Both the position numbers and the translations under genes were made by a program. Below, piece after piece: positions 20,491 through 30,470 of a DNA stretch of 64,000 nt. Location of the stretch: positions 1-64,000 of the forward strand of contig JBNRMN010000021.1 in the NCBI GenBank assembly GCA_050309605.1, given 5' to 3'. The notes under the pieces are model-generated. The model did not search any database and had not been told where the DNA came from. It saw only the letters and a program-made list of their open reading frames with translations. The stretch is from Anaerohalosphaeraceae bacterium (GTDB lineage Bacteria > Planctomycetota > Phycisphaerae > Sedimentisphaerales > Anaerohalosphaeraceae). Positions within the stretch are counted from its first letter, which is position 1, and the number at the start of each line of letters is the position of its first letter.

Positions 20491-21675
20491 TCAAAACTGC
20501 TCATCCAAGAGGTATCTGCCGGACAGGCGAATGCCGAGCAATCCCAGCGGAGCGGTGATCAGGATTGCAAGTACTGCGTATGCAAGCACTTGCTTTCCAT
20601 AGGGCAGACCAAATGACAGCGCAACGGCTCCCATTGCCGCCTGAACGGTGGCTTTGGGCGTATAGGCAATCATACAGAAGAGCCGTTCCCGCCAAGTCAG
20701 AGTGGAAAACGAAGTGGCCAGCCAGACCCCGGCCGACCGGGCGAAAAGCCCCATTAGAATCAACATCGCCCCTTTCGGCCCGGCTTCGATTGCCGCGTTG
20801 AGATCCACTGACATGCCGACCAGGACAAACAGGATGATCTCTGCAAAGACCCACATTTTATTGAGGTTATAGGCCAGTTCGTGCGCCGCCCGCTCGGCCT
20901 TCTCCAGCAGGATAAACCCTACCGTCATCACACCCAACAAGGCCGCCGTGTGCAGCCAGTCGCCGATCTGCAATAGAAAAATCGATGAGGCCAACAGCAG
21001 CAGCGTCTTTTCCGTCGCTCGAATCTTTTCGTAATGGGCGTTGAAGTAGCGTGCCAGTATCAGTCCGAGCGCAATGCCGGGAATAATACCCAGAATCGCG
21101 GAAATCGGAATCGACAAGACGGCATGAGCCGTGCTGGCGCTCTGGCCGCGAAGCAGGTTCAAAAAGACCAGAAATACCGAAATGGAAAAAATATCATCCA
21201 GCGATGCCCCGGCCAGCACAATCGTCGGGACATCACTTCGCTGCCCGTAGCCGTTTTCTTTTAGTTCAAGCATTGATGGCACGACCACCGCCGGCGAGAC
21301 GGCCGCCAGCAAAAATCCCGTCAAACCGCTGGTCAACACATCGAACGGCGTGAAATAATAAAACAGTCCCATCAGGGCAAGACCTTCAAAGAGGCACGGC
21401 AGGAAAGACATCAACAGGGCTGTTTTTCCGACTTTTTGGAGGGTTTTCTTGTGGATTCCCAGGCCGGCACGAAGCAGAATGATAATTAATGCGGTTGAAC
21501 GCAAAAACCCCGACAATTCGTCCAGCACCGGCGGGAAGGCGTCCTGAAACAGAACCGACAGTCCAATCCCCCACAGCGTCATCCCCAAAACGCCCGGCAA
21601 ACGTAACGCTGAAAACAGCTTGCCGGCCGCATATCCGCCGATCAAAATCAACAAAATCACCGCGTTTAAGCTCAT
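20491..21675 (-). CDS. Cation:proton antiporter (CPA superfamily, NHA-like)
   Basis: About 12 hydrophobic helices; ILLRAGL, AAVSPAVVVP, ASLDDI, PKATVQAA, ILITAPLG. Confidence 0.88.
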   Translation of the reverse strand: MSLNAVILLILIGGYAAGKLFSALRLPGVLGMTLWGIGLSVLFQDAFPPVLDELSGFLRSTALIIILLRAGLGIHKKTLQKVGKTALLMSFLPCLFEGLALMGLFYYFTPFDVLTSGLTGFLLAAVSPAVVVPSMLELKENGYGQRSDVPTIVLAGASLDDIFSISVFLVFLNLLRGQSASTAHAVLSIPISAILGIIPGIALGLILARYFNAHYEKIRATEKTLLLLASSIFLLQIGDWLHTAALLGVMTVGFILLEKAERAAHELAYNLNKMWVFAEIILFVLVGMSVDLNAAIEAGPKGAMLILMGLFARSAGVWLATSFSTLTWRERLFCMIAYTPKATVQAAMGAVALSFGLPYGKQVLAYAVLAILITAPLGLLGIRLSGRYLLDEQF

Positions 21676-21715
21676 CTTAGACTCCTGCGCAGACGTTGCC
21701 TATCCATTCTATTAT

Positions 21716-21763
21716 ACAGGAGTCATCAGCCACCGCGACGGTTATACGGCGAACCCCATCGCC
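21716..21763 (-). ncRNA. Fluoride riboswitch (crcB motif) aptamer
   Basis: Minus strand GGCGATGGGGTTCGCC-GTATAACC...GCTGATGACTCCTGT matches the consensus: P1 GGCGA/TCGCC, pseudoknot GGGGT/ACTCC, GCTGATGAC. Confidence 0.92.
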
Positions 21764-21770
21764 GGTAACT

Positions 21771-21798
21771 ATTATATCATGAATACAGAACAAGTCAA
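21771..21798 (-). promoter_or_regulatory. Sigma70 promoter for the riboswitch-antiporter transcript
   Basis: TTGACT-16 nt-TATAAT with extended TG, 7 nt before the aptamer. Confidence 0.75.
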
Positions 21799-21963
21799 AT
21801 GTGAATTCGCTGCGTCATCTTATTTACGTAGCGGCAATCGACAGGCCTTCAAAAGGATTCGTTCCGGTTTGTGCTTGATTTTGGGGTTTGGGTCGCTATA
21901 ATTGTTTGCCCGTAAACACACAACAATCGAACTGTTAATCCGAATTGTAAGAAAGGTTGAACT

Positions 21964-23160
21964 ATGGCCAATGCAATCGTCAGCCAGTCCGGCGGACCGA
22001 CCGGCGTGATCAATGCGTCGCTTGTGGGCGTTATCGAGCAGGCCTGCAAGCAAACGGAGATCGACAATCTGTACGGGGCGATTCACGCGGTCGCCGGCAT
22101 CGTCAAGGAACATTTTATTGACTTGAAAAAACTCTCGGCCGAGACCCTTGAGTGCGTCGCCGCGTCGCCGTCGTCGGCGTTAGGTTCCAGTCGAGACAAA
22201 CCCGATGCGGCTTATTGCGAAAAGATACTGGCCGTGTTCAAAAAACGCGACATCCGCTATTTCTACTACATCGGCGGTAACGACTCGGCCAATACCTGCC
22301 ATATCATCAACGAAATGGCGCAAAAGAGCGGCTATGAGCTGCGTGCGTTTCACGTGCCCAAGACCGTCGATAACGATCTGCTCGTGACCGACCATTGCCC
22401 GGGATACGGCACGGCGGCCAAGTTCGTAGCCTGCGCCCTGATGGGCGACGATTTGGACAACCGCGCCCTGCCCGGCGTCAAGATTGACGTGATTATGGGA
22501 CGACATGCAGGGTTTCTGACCGGCGCATCGGTATTGGCCAAACAGCGTGAAGACGACGGTCCGCATCTGATTTACATCCCCGAACGTCCGGTAACAATGG
22601 AACAATTCATGGCTGATATCGAGGCCTGCTACAAAAAGCACGGTCGCTGCGTTGTGGCTGTCAGCGAGGGTATCTGCGATACCGACCACGTGACCTGGGC
22701 CGAGAAACTGGTCGAGAACGCCGAGCGGGATTCGCACGGCAATGTTCAGCTTTCAGGCAGCGGTGCCCTGGCCGATTTTCTGGCCGCTCAGGTCAAGGGC
22801 AAGCTGGGTATCAAGCGCGTCCGCGCTGATACCTTCGGGTATCTGCAGCGCAGCTTTGCCGGCTTACAGTCGTCCGTGGACGCCAAAGAGGCGCGCCAGT
22901 GCGGTCGTCTGGCGGTGCAGTGGTCGATGAAGGAAGACAACGGGTCGGTGGCGATCAAACGCACCGGTACCGGCATCAACTATGCGGCCGAATATTTCCG
23001 CACCGAGTTGAAGAACGTGGCCGAGAAGACCAAATCCGTACCCGACGAGTTCATCAACGCCGAGGGCAACGGAATGACGCCGGCCTTTGTCGATTATGCC
23101 CTCCCGCTGGCCGGGGAGCTGCCCAAGACTGAATATCTGGGTACCTACCCTAAGGTGTAA
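21964..23160 (+). CDS. pfkA: 6-phosphofructokinase, probably PPi-dependent
   Basis: QSGGPT, GGNDS (Asp form), PKTVDND, MGRHAG, GYLQRS. Confidence 0.9.
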   Translation: MANAIVSQSGGPTGVINASLVGVIEQACKQTEIDNLYGAIHAVAGIVKEHFIDLKKLSAETLECVAASPSSALGSSRDKPDAAYCEKILAVFKKRDIRYFYYIGGNDSANTCHIINEMAQKSGYELRAFHVPKTVDNDLLVTDHCPGYGTAAKFVACALMGDDLDNRALPGVKIDVIMGRHAGFLTGASVLAKQREDDGPHLIYIPERPVTMEQFMADIEACYKKHGRCVVAVSEGICDTDHVTWAEKLVENAERDSHGNVQLSGSGALADFLAAQVKGKLGIKRVRADTFGYLQRSFAGLQSSVDAKEARQCGRLAVQWSMKEDNGSVAIKRTGTGINYAAEYFRTELKNVAEKTKSVPDEFINAEGNGMTPAFVDYALPLAGELPKTEYLGTYPKV

Positions 23161-23186
23161 CGCCCCTTGGATGCAGTCGTTTTTGC

Positions 23187-23216
23187 GCCCGTCGGATTGC
23201 CTCCGACGGGCTTTTT
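23187..23216 (+). terminator. Intrinsic terminator after pfk
   Basis: GCCCGTCGGA-TTGCC-TCCGACGGGC-TTTTT. Confidence 0.85.
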
Positions 23217-23339
23217 GCATTGAAAAACGCCCAATAGATAGTGGAACTCTCCACATCAGCCGCTATAATACCTCCTTTGCGGTGTTAAAACCGGCACGAA
23301 ATCCAAAACGGAACCTTAGCCATCAGTGGAAAGCAGACA

Positions 23340-25079
23340 ATGCGATACAGTCAAACTCTGATACCGACCGTCAAAGAAGTGCCCGCGGATGCGGAGATCA
23401 TCAGTCATCAGCTTATGGTTCGCGCAGGTTTGATGCGCAAACTGGCCAGCGGTACGTATATTTATCTGCCTGCCGGCTGCCGAATGATGCAGAAGGTGAT
23501 GCAGGTCGTCCGTGAGGAGATGAACGCCGCCGGCGCTCAGGAAATCGTAATGCCGATCATCCAGCCGCTGGAGTTGTGGCAGCGGACCGGGCGTGATGTG
23601 GACTACGGCGAAACGCTGGGGTGTTTTACCGACCGCCACGGCCGCGGCAATGTTCTGTCGCCGACGGCGGAGGAGGGCTTTACGTATTTGGCCGCCTGCG
23701 AAATCAAGTCCTACAGACAGCTTCCGATGAATCTGTACCAGATCAACACCAAGTACCGCGATGAATTCCGCCCGCGGTTCGGGGTGCTGCGATCGCGCGA
23801 GTTTATGATGAAAGACGCATACAGCTTTCATGCGACGGAGGAGTGCCTCCATAAAACCTATATGGCGATGTATAACGCCTATTGCCGCGTTTTTTCGCGG
23901 TGCGGGCTGGATTACGTCATCGTGCAGGCCGAGTCCGGCGAGATGGGCGGCTCCGGATCGCACCAATTCACTATACCGTGCGACAACGGCGAGGATGTAA
24001 TCGTCTATACCGAGGACAATACGCAGGCCTGGAATATCGAAAAGGCACCCGTCGATCCGCTCAGTAAACAACCGCCCGTCGAGGTCGGGCCGGTGGAGCC
24101 GTTCCATACGCCTAATGCAGGTAAGATCGACGACGCCTGTGCATATATGAAGGTCACGCCCGATCAGCTCATCAAGACCCTGATTTATAAGAGCGGCGAA
24201 GCGCTGATCGTTGTGCTCGTGCGCGGCGACCACGAGGTCAATCCTGAAAAGCTGACCCGTCTGATGGACGGCGCGCATATTGAGATGGCAGACGAAGACG
24301 ATATTGTCAACCTCACGGGGGCGGCGATCGGGTTTGCCGGGCCGGTGGGGTTGTGCGATAAGGCGGCGCACGTTTTTATCGACTATGGTGTGGCGGCGAT
24401 GGCTGTCGGAGCGACCGGCGCCAATAAGACCGACTACCATATTATGAATGTCGTGCCGGGGCGTGATTTTCCGCTGGCCGGCGACTCTATCCACATTGTC
24501 GATGTCCGTAACGCCGTTGAGGGCGATACTTATGAAGGCAAGAAGCTGCTGTTCCGGCGCGGCATTGAGGTCGGACAGGTCTTCAAACTCGGCGTCAAAT
24601 ACAGCACCCGGCTGGAGGCCCGCTTTCTTGACGCCGACGGAACTGAAAAGCCGCTGCTGATGGGCTGCTACGGCATCGGCATCAACCGCATCATCGCCGC
24701 GGCCATCGAAAACGGCCACGATGAGAACGGGATGATTCTGCCGATTTCGATCGCACCGTGGGAGGTTATCATCACCCCGGCCGCACCGTATGAGGCTGTC
24801 ATGCAAGCAGCGGAACAGGTGTACGACGCGCTGCGCGAAAAGGGTGTCGAGGTGCTGCTGGACGACCGGGATCTTCGCGCCGGCGTCAAATTCAAAGACG
24901 CCGATTTGCTGGGCATCCCGCTGCGCGTGACCATCGGCAAGAAATCACTGGCCGACGGCCAGGTGGAAATCAAATGCCGCACTGAGAAAGAGGCCGCGCG
25001 TGTGCCGCTCGATCAGGCGGCCGAGGCCGTTGCCCGTCAAATCGCTCAACTGAAAGCCGCGTTGAAACCGGCCCCTTAA
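23340..25079 (+). CDS. proS: Proline--tRNA ligase (bacterial type with editing insertion)
   Basis: SHQLMVRAG, PTAEE, YRDEFRPRFG, GIEVGQVFKLG, MGCYGIG, DADLLGIP. Confidence 0.97.
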   Translation: MRYSQTLIPTVKEVPADAEIISHQLMVRAGLMRKLASGTYIYLPAGCRMMQKVMQVVREEMNAAGAQEIVMPIIQPLELWQRTGRDVDYGETLGCFTDRHGRGNVLSPTAEEGFTYLAACEIKSYRQLPMNLYQINTKYRDEFRPRFGVLRSREFMMKDAYSFHATEECLHKTYMAMYNAYCRVFSRCGLDYVIVQAESGEMGGSGSHQFTIPCDNGEDVIVYTEDNTQAWNIEKAPVDPLSKQPPVEVGPVEPFHTPNAGKIDDACAYMKVTPDQLIKTLIYKSGEALIVVLVRGDHEVNPEKLTRLMDGAHIEMADEDDIVNLTGAAIGFAGPVGLCDKAAHVFIDYGVAAMAVGATGANKTDYHIMNVVPGRDFPLAGDSIHIVDVRNAVEGDTYEGKKLLFRRGIEVGQVFKLGVKYSTRLEARFLDADGTEKPLLMGCYGIGINRIIAAAIENGHDENGMILPISIAPWEVIITPAAPYEAVMQAAEQVYDALREKGVEVLLDDRDLRAGVKFKDADLLGIPLRVTIGKKSLADGQVEIKCRTEKEAARVPLDQAAEAVARQIAQLKAALKPAP

Positions 25080-25236
25080 GACAGGCATGGCACCGATGTT
25101 CGGCATACATACCGTACCTGCATGAATTACCGAATTCGTAATCGGCACGTCTATCGGCGTCATGCCGGCACGTTCGAAAACGAACGACAAAAAACATCGC
25201 AGACGGCTGTTTCATGGTTTTTTTCAAAAGAGAGGC

Positions 25237-25265
25237 TTGACAACCTGATAACAACGATGTAAGTT
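25237..25265 (+). promoter_or_regulatory. Sigma70 promoter of the tRNA pair
   Basis: TTGACA-17 nt-TAAGTT. Confidence 0.65.
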
Positions 25266-25285
25266 AAGTGGCTGTTATGATTTTA

Positions 25286-25359
25286 GGCGGTGTAGCTCAG
25301 CTGGTTAGAGCATGGGATTCATAAGCCCAGGGTCGGTGGTTCGAATCCACCCGCCGCTA
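25286..25359 (+). tRNA. tRNA-Met(CAT), probably elongator
   Basis: GGCGGTGTAGCTCAGCTGGTTAGAGC, anticodon loop TTCATAA, GGTTCGAATCC. Confidence 0.93.
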
Positions 25360-25425
25360 ATTCAATAAAGCAGATTGCGTACCTCTTTTGTGTGTGCAGG
25401 CATTTTGTGTCTGTGCGCAGCAGTC

Positions 25426-25498
25426 GCCCCCATCGTCTAGCGGCCTAGGACGCCGGGTTCTCATCCCGGTAACAGGGGTTCGAGTCCCCTTGGGGGTA
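25426..25498 (+). tRNA. tRNA-Glu(CTC)
   Basis: GCCCCCATCGTCTAGCGGCCTAGGAC, CCGGG-TTCTCAT-CCCGG, GGTTCGAGTCC. Confidence 0.95.
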
Positions 25499-25528
25499 TG
25501 TGAGAAGTCAGTGCGAAGGAGGCTTGGG

Positions 25529-25984
25529 CTACAGGCCGGGAGGCGGGTTTTCGAGGGTGATGGTACGCGCATCAGCGCCGGCGTGGGACAGGCGGATGAT
25601 GACGGGGGCGAGCGGCTCCACTGCCTGCCAGACGCGGTCAGCCCACTCGACGATGACGAGTGAATCGGGGCGGAGGTATTCTTCGACACCGAGGGCTTCG
25701 AACTCGGCGGCGGATTCAAGGCGGTAGGCGTCGATGTGATAGATCTGGCGGCCGTCGGGGGTGACATATTCATTCACAAGGACAAACGTCGGGCTGGTGA
25801 CCAGGTCTTCCTGCTGCACACCCAGTCCCAGTGCAATCCCTTTGATCAGGTGGGTCTTGCCGGTTCCGAGGTTGCCGATCAGGGCGAGAATCTGACCGCC
25901 GGTCAGGGCGCGGCCGATGCGACGGCCGAGGGCGATGGTCTGGTCAGGGCTGCGGGTTGTGATGTCCATCGTCTTTGGGTTCAT
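25529..25984 (-). CDS. tsaE: tRNA threonylcarbamoyladenosine biosynthesis ATPase TsaE
   Basis: GNLGTGKT, VTSPTF, HIDAYRL, IVEWA. Confidence 0.95.
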   Translation of the reverse strand: MNPKTMDITTRSPDQTIALGRRIGRALTGGQILALIGNLGTGKTHLIKGIALGLGVQQEDLVTSPTFVLVNEYVTPDGRQIYHIDAYRLESAAEFEALGVEEYLRPDSLVIVEWADRVWQAVEPLAPVIIRLSHAGADARTITLENPPPGL

Positions 25985-26146
25985 TATTTCATCTTCCTTC
26001 TTATCCGAGTCCGTCGGAAGGGTGCAGGCCACGGGGCACAACCCCCTGCCGCGTTCGATGGTTTTTTTGTATTCTTTGTTTGGATTATAGCGGTTTTACG
26101 CGGCGACGGGTATTGTTTTTTGGGATAAATGCGGTATCATACGGCC

Positions 26147-27115
26147 ATGGAAACCTACAAAGATCAGATAATCGCAGGCGATTGTATCGAATTGCTGGGC
26201 AAGGCCAAAGAGCCGTTTGCGGATTTGGTATTTGCCGACCCGCCGTTCAATATCGGGTATCAGTACGATAAATACCACGACAAGGTTGAGAAGAACAACT
26301 ACCTGGCCTGGACAAAGGACTGGATGGCGGCGTGTGTGAATGTGCTCAAGCCACACGGGTCATTTTATATCGCCATCGGCGATGAATACGCTGCTCATGT
26401 TCGGCTCATCGGAGAGGATTTGGGGCTGACGCTGCGGAACTGGATTATCTGGCACTACACCTTCGGCCAGCAGACCAAGGCCAAATTCGCCCGTTCGCAT
26501 GCGCATATTTTTTATTTTGTCAAAAATCCCAAACATTATGTCTTTAATGACTTGGCGGTGCGGCTGCCGTCAGATCGACAGTTGATTTACAACGACCGGC
26601 GAGCCAACGCCACGGGCAAGATCCCCAATGATGTATGGGATTGTTATGCGCGGGTGTGCGGGACGTTCTATGAGCGTCAGGGCTGGCACCCCTGCCAGAT
26701 GCCGGAGCTGCTGCTGGGGCGTATTATTGCAACCAGCTCGCATCCGGGCGACCTGGTGCTTGATCCGTTTAACGGCTCGGGGACCACGGCGGCAGCGGCA
26801 CTGCAGCTTGGACGGCATTACTGCGGGCTTGATATTTCCGAGGATTATGTTCGCAAGACACAGGAGCGACTCAAGCAACTCAGACACACAAGACACGCCT
26901 ACAAGGCAGGGCAACTTGACGCAACGGAGTACTTCGAACTCAAGCGGCTGTTTGTGGAGATGAATATCGCGGCCGATACGCTGATCAAAGACGACAAAAT
27001 ACTCGGTTATTTCCTGAATCAATTGCGGCTGCGGCTCAATCGCGACAAGCCGCACGAGGCAGCGCTGATCAAAGAGGCCCTGAAGGAATTTCTGGCGTGG
27101 GTATCCGGCAGGTAA
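26147..27115 (+). CDS. Orphan beta-class N4-C/N6-A DNA methyltransferase
   Basis: FADPPFN precedes HPCQMP and VLDPFNGSGTT; no restriction gene adjacent. Confidence 0.9.
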   Translation: METYKDQIIAGDCIELLGKAKEPFADLVFADPPFNIGYQYDKYHDKVEKNNYLAWTKDWMAACVNVLKPHGSFYIAIGDEYAAHVRLIGEDLGLTLRNWIIWHYTFGQQTKAKFARSHAHIFYFVKNPKHYVFNDLAVRLPSDRQLIYNDRRANATGKIPNDVWDCYARVCGTFYERQGWHPCQMPELLLGRIIATSSHPGDLVLDPFNGSGTTAAAALQLGRHYCGLDISEDYVRKTQERLKQLRHTRHAYKAGQLDATEYFELKRLFVEMNIAADTLIKDDKILGYFLNQLRLRLNRDKPHEAALIKEALKEFLAWVSGR

Positions 27116-27433
27116 AGAGCGGCAAACCCTACTTAACTCAACCTGACCGATGGCCAGTTTAAGAGATCAAAAATCAAAACTGAAAGTGTAAAATTGAGGA
27201 TTCGCTCTTTCGGGCGAGCCTTTTTACGGCTTTTTTTATAACACTGTAAAAGGTTTTATAGACTATAGTTATGTCAAAACAGATCCGGTTTTCAGTCCGA
27301 TTGAGTACTTCATTCGGTCTAACATGAAAAGTCGATAGACCCGCAGAGACGACAAGATGAAAGCCGGCGGCGTGAGCCTTCGGCTGAATACCTTAAAAAC
27401 CCCTTTGGGGTTGTGGAATATGAGATGTTTTTT

Positions 27434-27478
27434 TACCCCCTCTCCCCTGCGGGGTACTGGCTCTTGGCAGGGGAAGAG
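27434..27478 (+). repeat. Degenerate intergenic copy 3 of the palindromic repeat found in the RM gene
   Basis: TACCCCCTCTCCCCTGCGGGGTACTGGCTCTTGGCAGGGGAAGAG. Confidence 0.75.
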
Positions 27479-27494
27479 TTAATGGGATTTTTGC

Positions 27495-29198
27495 ATGGAT
27501 GTGCGGAATAAAAAAGGCACTGCCCTGTGGCGGCTGGTCGGCGGCCTTGCGGCTTCGGCGGTCTTGCTGACGGTGATTCAGGCGCCGTGGACTGTGCATT
27601 TCCTGGCGTGGGGGGCATGGGTTCCGTTTATGCTGGCCTGCGAACCCGGCGGGTCGGGCAAGCGATTGGCAACGGGGGCGTATGTCATTGCGCTGGGGTA
27701 CTGGCTGTTCAATCTGTCGTGGCTGATGCCGGTGACGGGGCCGGGGTATGTTGTTTTTGCGCTGTGGCAGGCGGTGTATTGGCCGGTGCTGGCTTTGACG
27801 GTGCGGTTTGTCCGGCAAAAACAGTGGCCGCTGGTATGGTTTGCGCCGATTATTTTTGTGGGAGCCGAGGCAATCCAGGGGGTGCTGTTTACGGGCTTTA
27901 GCTGGTTTTTTTTGGCGCACAGCCAGTATCGTATCCTGCCGCTGATTCAGATCAGCGATATGTTCGGGGCACTGGGGGTGTCGGTGCTGGTGGCGTTGGT
28001 CAACGGGCTGCTGGCGGACGGGATTTTGGAATGGACAGCGCGGCGGTTGCCTGCTCGTGCGATTTGGGGACGGGCCGTGGTGGTCGCGGGGCTGCTTGCG
28101 GCCGCCAGCGGATATGGTTTTTGGCGTCTTGCGCAGACAGCCGATTTTGTGGAGGACGGTCCGCTGGCGGGGTCGGTTCAGCCGAATGTGCCCTCACACA
28201 TCAAAGAACGCACGGAAAACGCCCAGCTTCTGCTGGACGATCTGCTCGACAAGAGCCAGGCGTGCATTGACGCCGGGGCGCAACTGGTGATCTGGCCTGA
28301 AACGATGGTGCTGGAAACGCTGAATTCGGACTACCTGAAATATCGGTCAAGGGACAGCCAGTCGCATCGGTTTCATCGGCAGATTCTTGAGCACGCCGAC
28401 AGACAAGCGTATATCCTGTTTGGAGCGCATGCGGCAAGAGTTGTTGATCTCGGCTTCGAACCGGTCGTTACGGATACCTATAATACCGCGTTTCTGTATC
28501 GGCCGGACGGGACGGCTGACCCGCAGCGCTACGACAAAATTCATCTGGTACCATTCGGCGAATACATCCCATTTCGCCACAGCGTGCCGTGGATTTATCG
28601 GATGATTTTGTTTCTCAGCCCTTATGATTACGATTATAATCTGACGCCGGGCCGGCGTTATACGGTCTTTACATTTGACGACACGGATGGACGAGCGTAT
28701 CGGTTCGGCGTACTGATTTGCTACGAGGATACCCATCCTTCCATCGCTCGCCGAATGGCGTCGGCCGAAAACGGGACCAAACGTGTTGATTTTCTTGTGA
28801 ACATCAGCAATGACGGCTGGTATGTTCGCTATCGGGACGGTCAGGTCATCCCCAGCGCCGAACTGAGCCAGCGGATGGCGATCAGCGTGTTTCGCAGCAT
28901 CGAAAACCGCATCGCCATCATACGCAGCGTCAATACCGGTATAAGCTGTCTGATTGACTCGACCGGTCGAATACGCGATCACTACCGGGACGGGACCCTG
29001 CCCGCAGCACCGCTTTGCCGGCAGGCTGTGGAGGGCTGGTTCACCGATATCATCCCAATCGACCGTCGGGTGACGTTCTTTAGCCGATACGGGCGGTGGC
29101 TGGATGCGGTATTGGGAGCGTGCCTTGCGGGATTGTTTGTGCGTGCGATTCTGGAACGTTATCTTATTCGACATAAAGGAACAACACATGATGATTAA
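27495..29198 (+). CDS. lnt: Apolipoprotein N-acyltransferase
   Basis: TM domain plus nitrilase triad motifs WPET, YDKIHLVPFGEY, LICYED; SNDGW, RSVNTGIS. Confidence 0.93.
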   Translation: MDVRNKKGTALWRLVGGLAASAVLLTVIQAPWTVHFLAWGAWVPFMLACEPGGSGKRLATGAYVIALGYWLFNLSWLMPVTGPGYVVFALWQAVYWPVLALTVRFVRQKQWPLVWFAPIIFVGAEAIQGVLFTGFSWFFLAHSQYRILPLIQISDMFGALGVSVLVALVNGLLADGILEWTARRLPARAIWGRAVVVAGLLAAASGYGFWRLAQTADFVEDGPLAGSVQPNVPSHIKERTENAQLLLDDLLDKSQACIDAGAQLVIWPETMVLETLNSDYLKYRSRDSQSHRFHRQILEHADRQAYILFGAHAARVVDLGFEPVVTDTYNTAFLYRPDGTADPQRYDKIHLVPFGEYIPFRHSVPWIYRMILFLSPYDYDYNLTPGRRYTVFTFDDTDGRAYRFGVLICYEDTHPSIARRMASAENGTKRVDFLVNISNDGWYVRYRDGQVIPSAELSQRMAISVFRSIENRIAIIRSVNTGISCLIDSTGRIRDHYRDGTLPAAPLCRQAVEGWFTDIIPIDRRVTFFSRYGRWLDAVLGACLAGLFVRAILERYLIRHKGTTHDD

Positions 29199-30183
29199 GT
29201 TTGGATACTTTTTGCTGACGGTTGCCGTTCTGCTGCTGGGCGGCTGCGAGACCACGGCGGTTCATCACCCTGCTGAAAGCCGGCCGGCGGCCTCGGCGGT
29301 ATCGGCCCAGGCGCTGAAGCCGCGTGCCCTGGAGATTCTTCGTACTTCGCTGCGGCATGAAAACCCTTATGTTCGCAATCATGCCATAGAGGTGGTCGTT
29401 GAGACCCGGCAAAAAGAGATGATGTCCGACATCATACGTCTGACGGGCGATGCGTCCGTTCCGGTGCGTTTTGCGGCGACGGTGGCTGCGGGCGATATGC
29501 GGTGTTACGGCTGTGAACAGCCGATACGGGAACGGCTCAACGACGAGGACGCCAATGTCCGTCTTGCCGCAGCGTACAGTATGATCAAACTGAACTATCC
29601 GGAATATCATGCGGACTTGCGCCAGGCGGCTGCCCATACGGACCAGACGGTTCGTGCCAATGCCCTGCTGCTGCTTGGAAAGAACGGGGATCGCGACGAT
29701 CTTGATCTGCTTTATCGTGCGATGCGGGACGATACGGCCTCGGAAAAGGTCAAAATTCAGGCGATTGACTCCATCGCTCAATTAAAGGACGCGCGGCTTT
29801 ACCGGAACAAACTATGGGCTTTGCTGATCAGCAAATACGCCGATGATCGGGTGATGGGTATTCGCGGAATGGGAGCACTGGGAACCTTGGACGCTCACAA
29901 TGCCATCATTACCATGCTGACCGATGATGTTCCGGAGGTGCGGCTTTGCGCAGCCGAACAGTTGGGCCGACTCGGCGACCCCGCGGGGCGCGAGGAAGTG
30001 GCTCAGTATTTGCGGAATCACGCCGATTTGAGCCGGGGCGATGTGGCGACGATGCTGGCGGTGATGGCAATCGGGCGTATCGGCACGCCGGAGCTGACGG
30101 ACTGGCTGCCCAAGGCACTGGACAGCCAGTCGGACGTTATTCGCTTGACCGCCGCCCAATCGGTCCTGCTGCTGGCAAAATAG
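29188..30183 (+). CDS. HEAT-repeat lipoprotein
   Basis: Lipobox LLGGC; repeated D-x-x-VR-x-x-A-x-x-LG helices. Confidence 0.85.
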   Translation: MMIKFGYFLLTVAVLLLGGCETTAVHHPAESRPAASAVSAQALKPRALEILRTSLRHENPYVRNHAIEVVVETRQKEMMSDIIRLTGDASVPVRFAATVAAGDMRCYGCEQPIRERLNDEDANVRLAAAYSMIKLNYPEYHADLRQAAAHTDQTVRANALLLLGKNGDRDDLDLLYRAMRDDTASEKVKIQAIDSIAQLKDARLYRNKLWALLISKYADDRVMGIRGMGALGTLDAHNAIITMLTDDVPEVRLCAAEQLGRLGDPAGREEVAQYLRNHADLSRGDVATMLAVMAIGRIGTPELTDWLPKALDSQSDVIRLTAAQSVLLLAK

Positions 30184-30344
30184 GCGTTTTTCAGCATTTC
30201 TGTGTCTTGAAACAAACGTATCTTGCCGGCCAACCTGCTGGGTCTTTGACCCTGAAAATCTATTTATTGTGGCAATTGTATGTCTTTTTATTTAGTCGCC
30301 GTTATGACTTATTTATTCTGTTCAGAATAGATAAAAAAAAACGC

Positions 30345-30373
30345 TTGACCTGTCCACATTACTTCCTTAAAAT
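30345..30373 (+). promoter_or_regulatory. Sigma70 promoter upstream of the coiled-coil/mre genes
   Basis: TTGACC-17 nt-TAAAAT with an upstream A-tract. Confidence 0.6.
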
Positions 30374-30470
30374 CCCCTGTATTCGCTGTATCGTCCAGAC
30401 GTTGCGCCGGCTAAATGGCGGCAATCAAAATATGAATAAGAAGAATACTCTGTGATGAAAGGGTACTATC

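Noticed and set aside
25080..25236. Possible structured ncRNA between proS and tRNA-Met
   Set aside because: Only short complementary patches; no recognisable family
27116..27433. Possible small ORFs or riboswitch upstream of lnt
   Set aside because: Only very short ORFs without SD and no aptamer consensus; partly explained by a terminator-like hairpin and repeats
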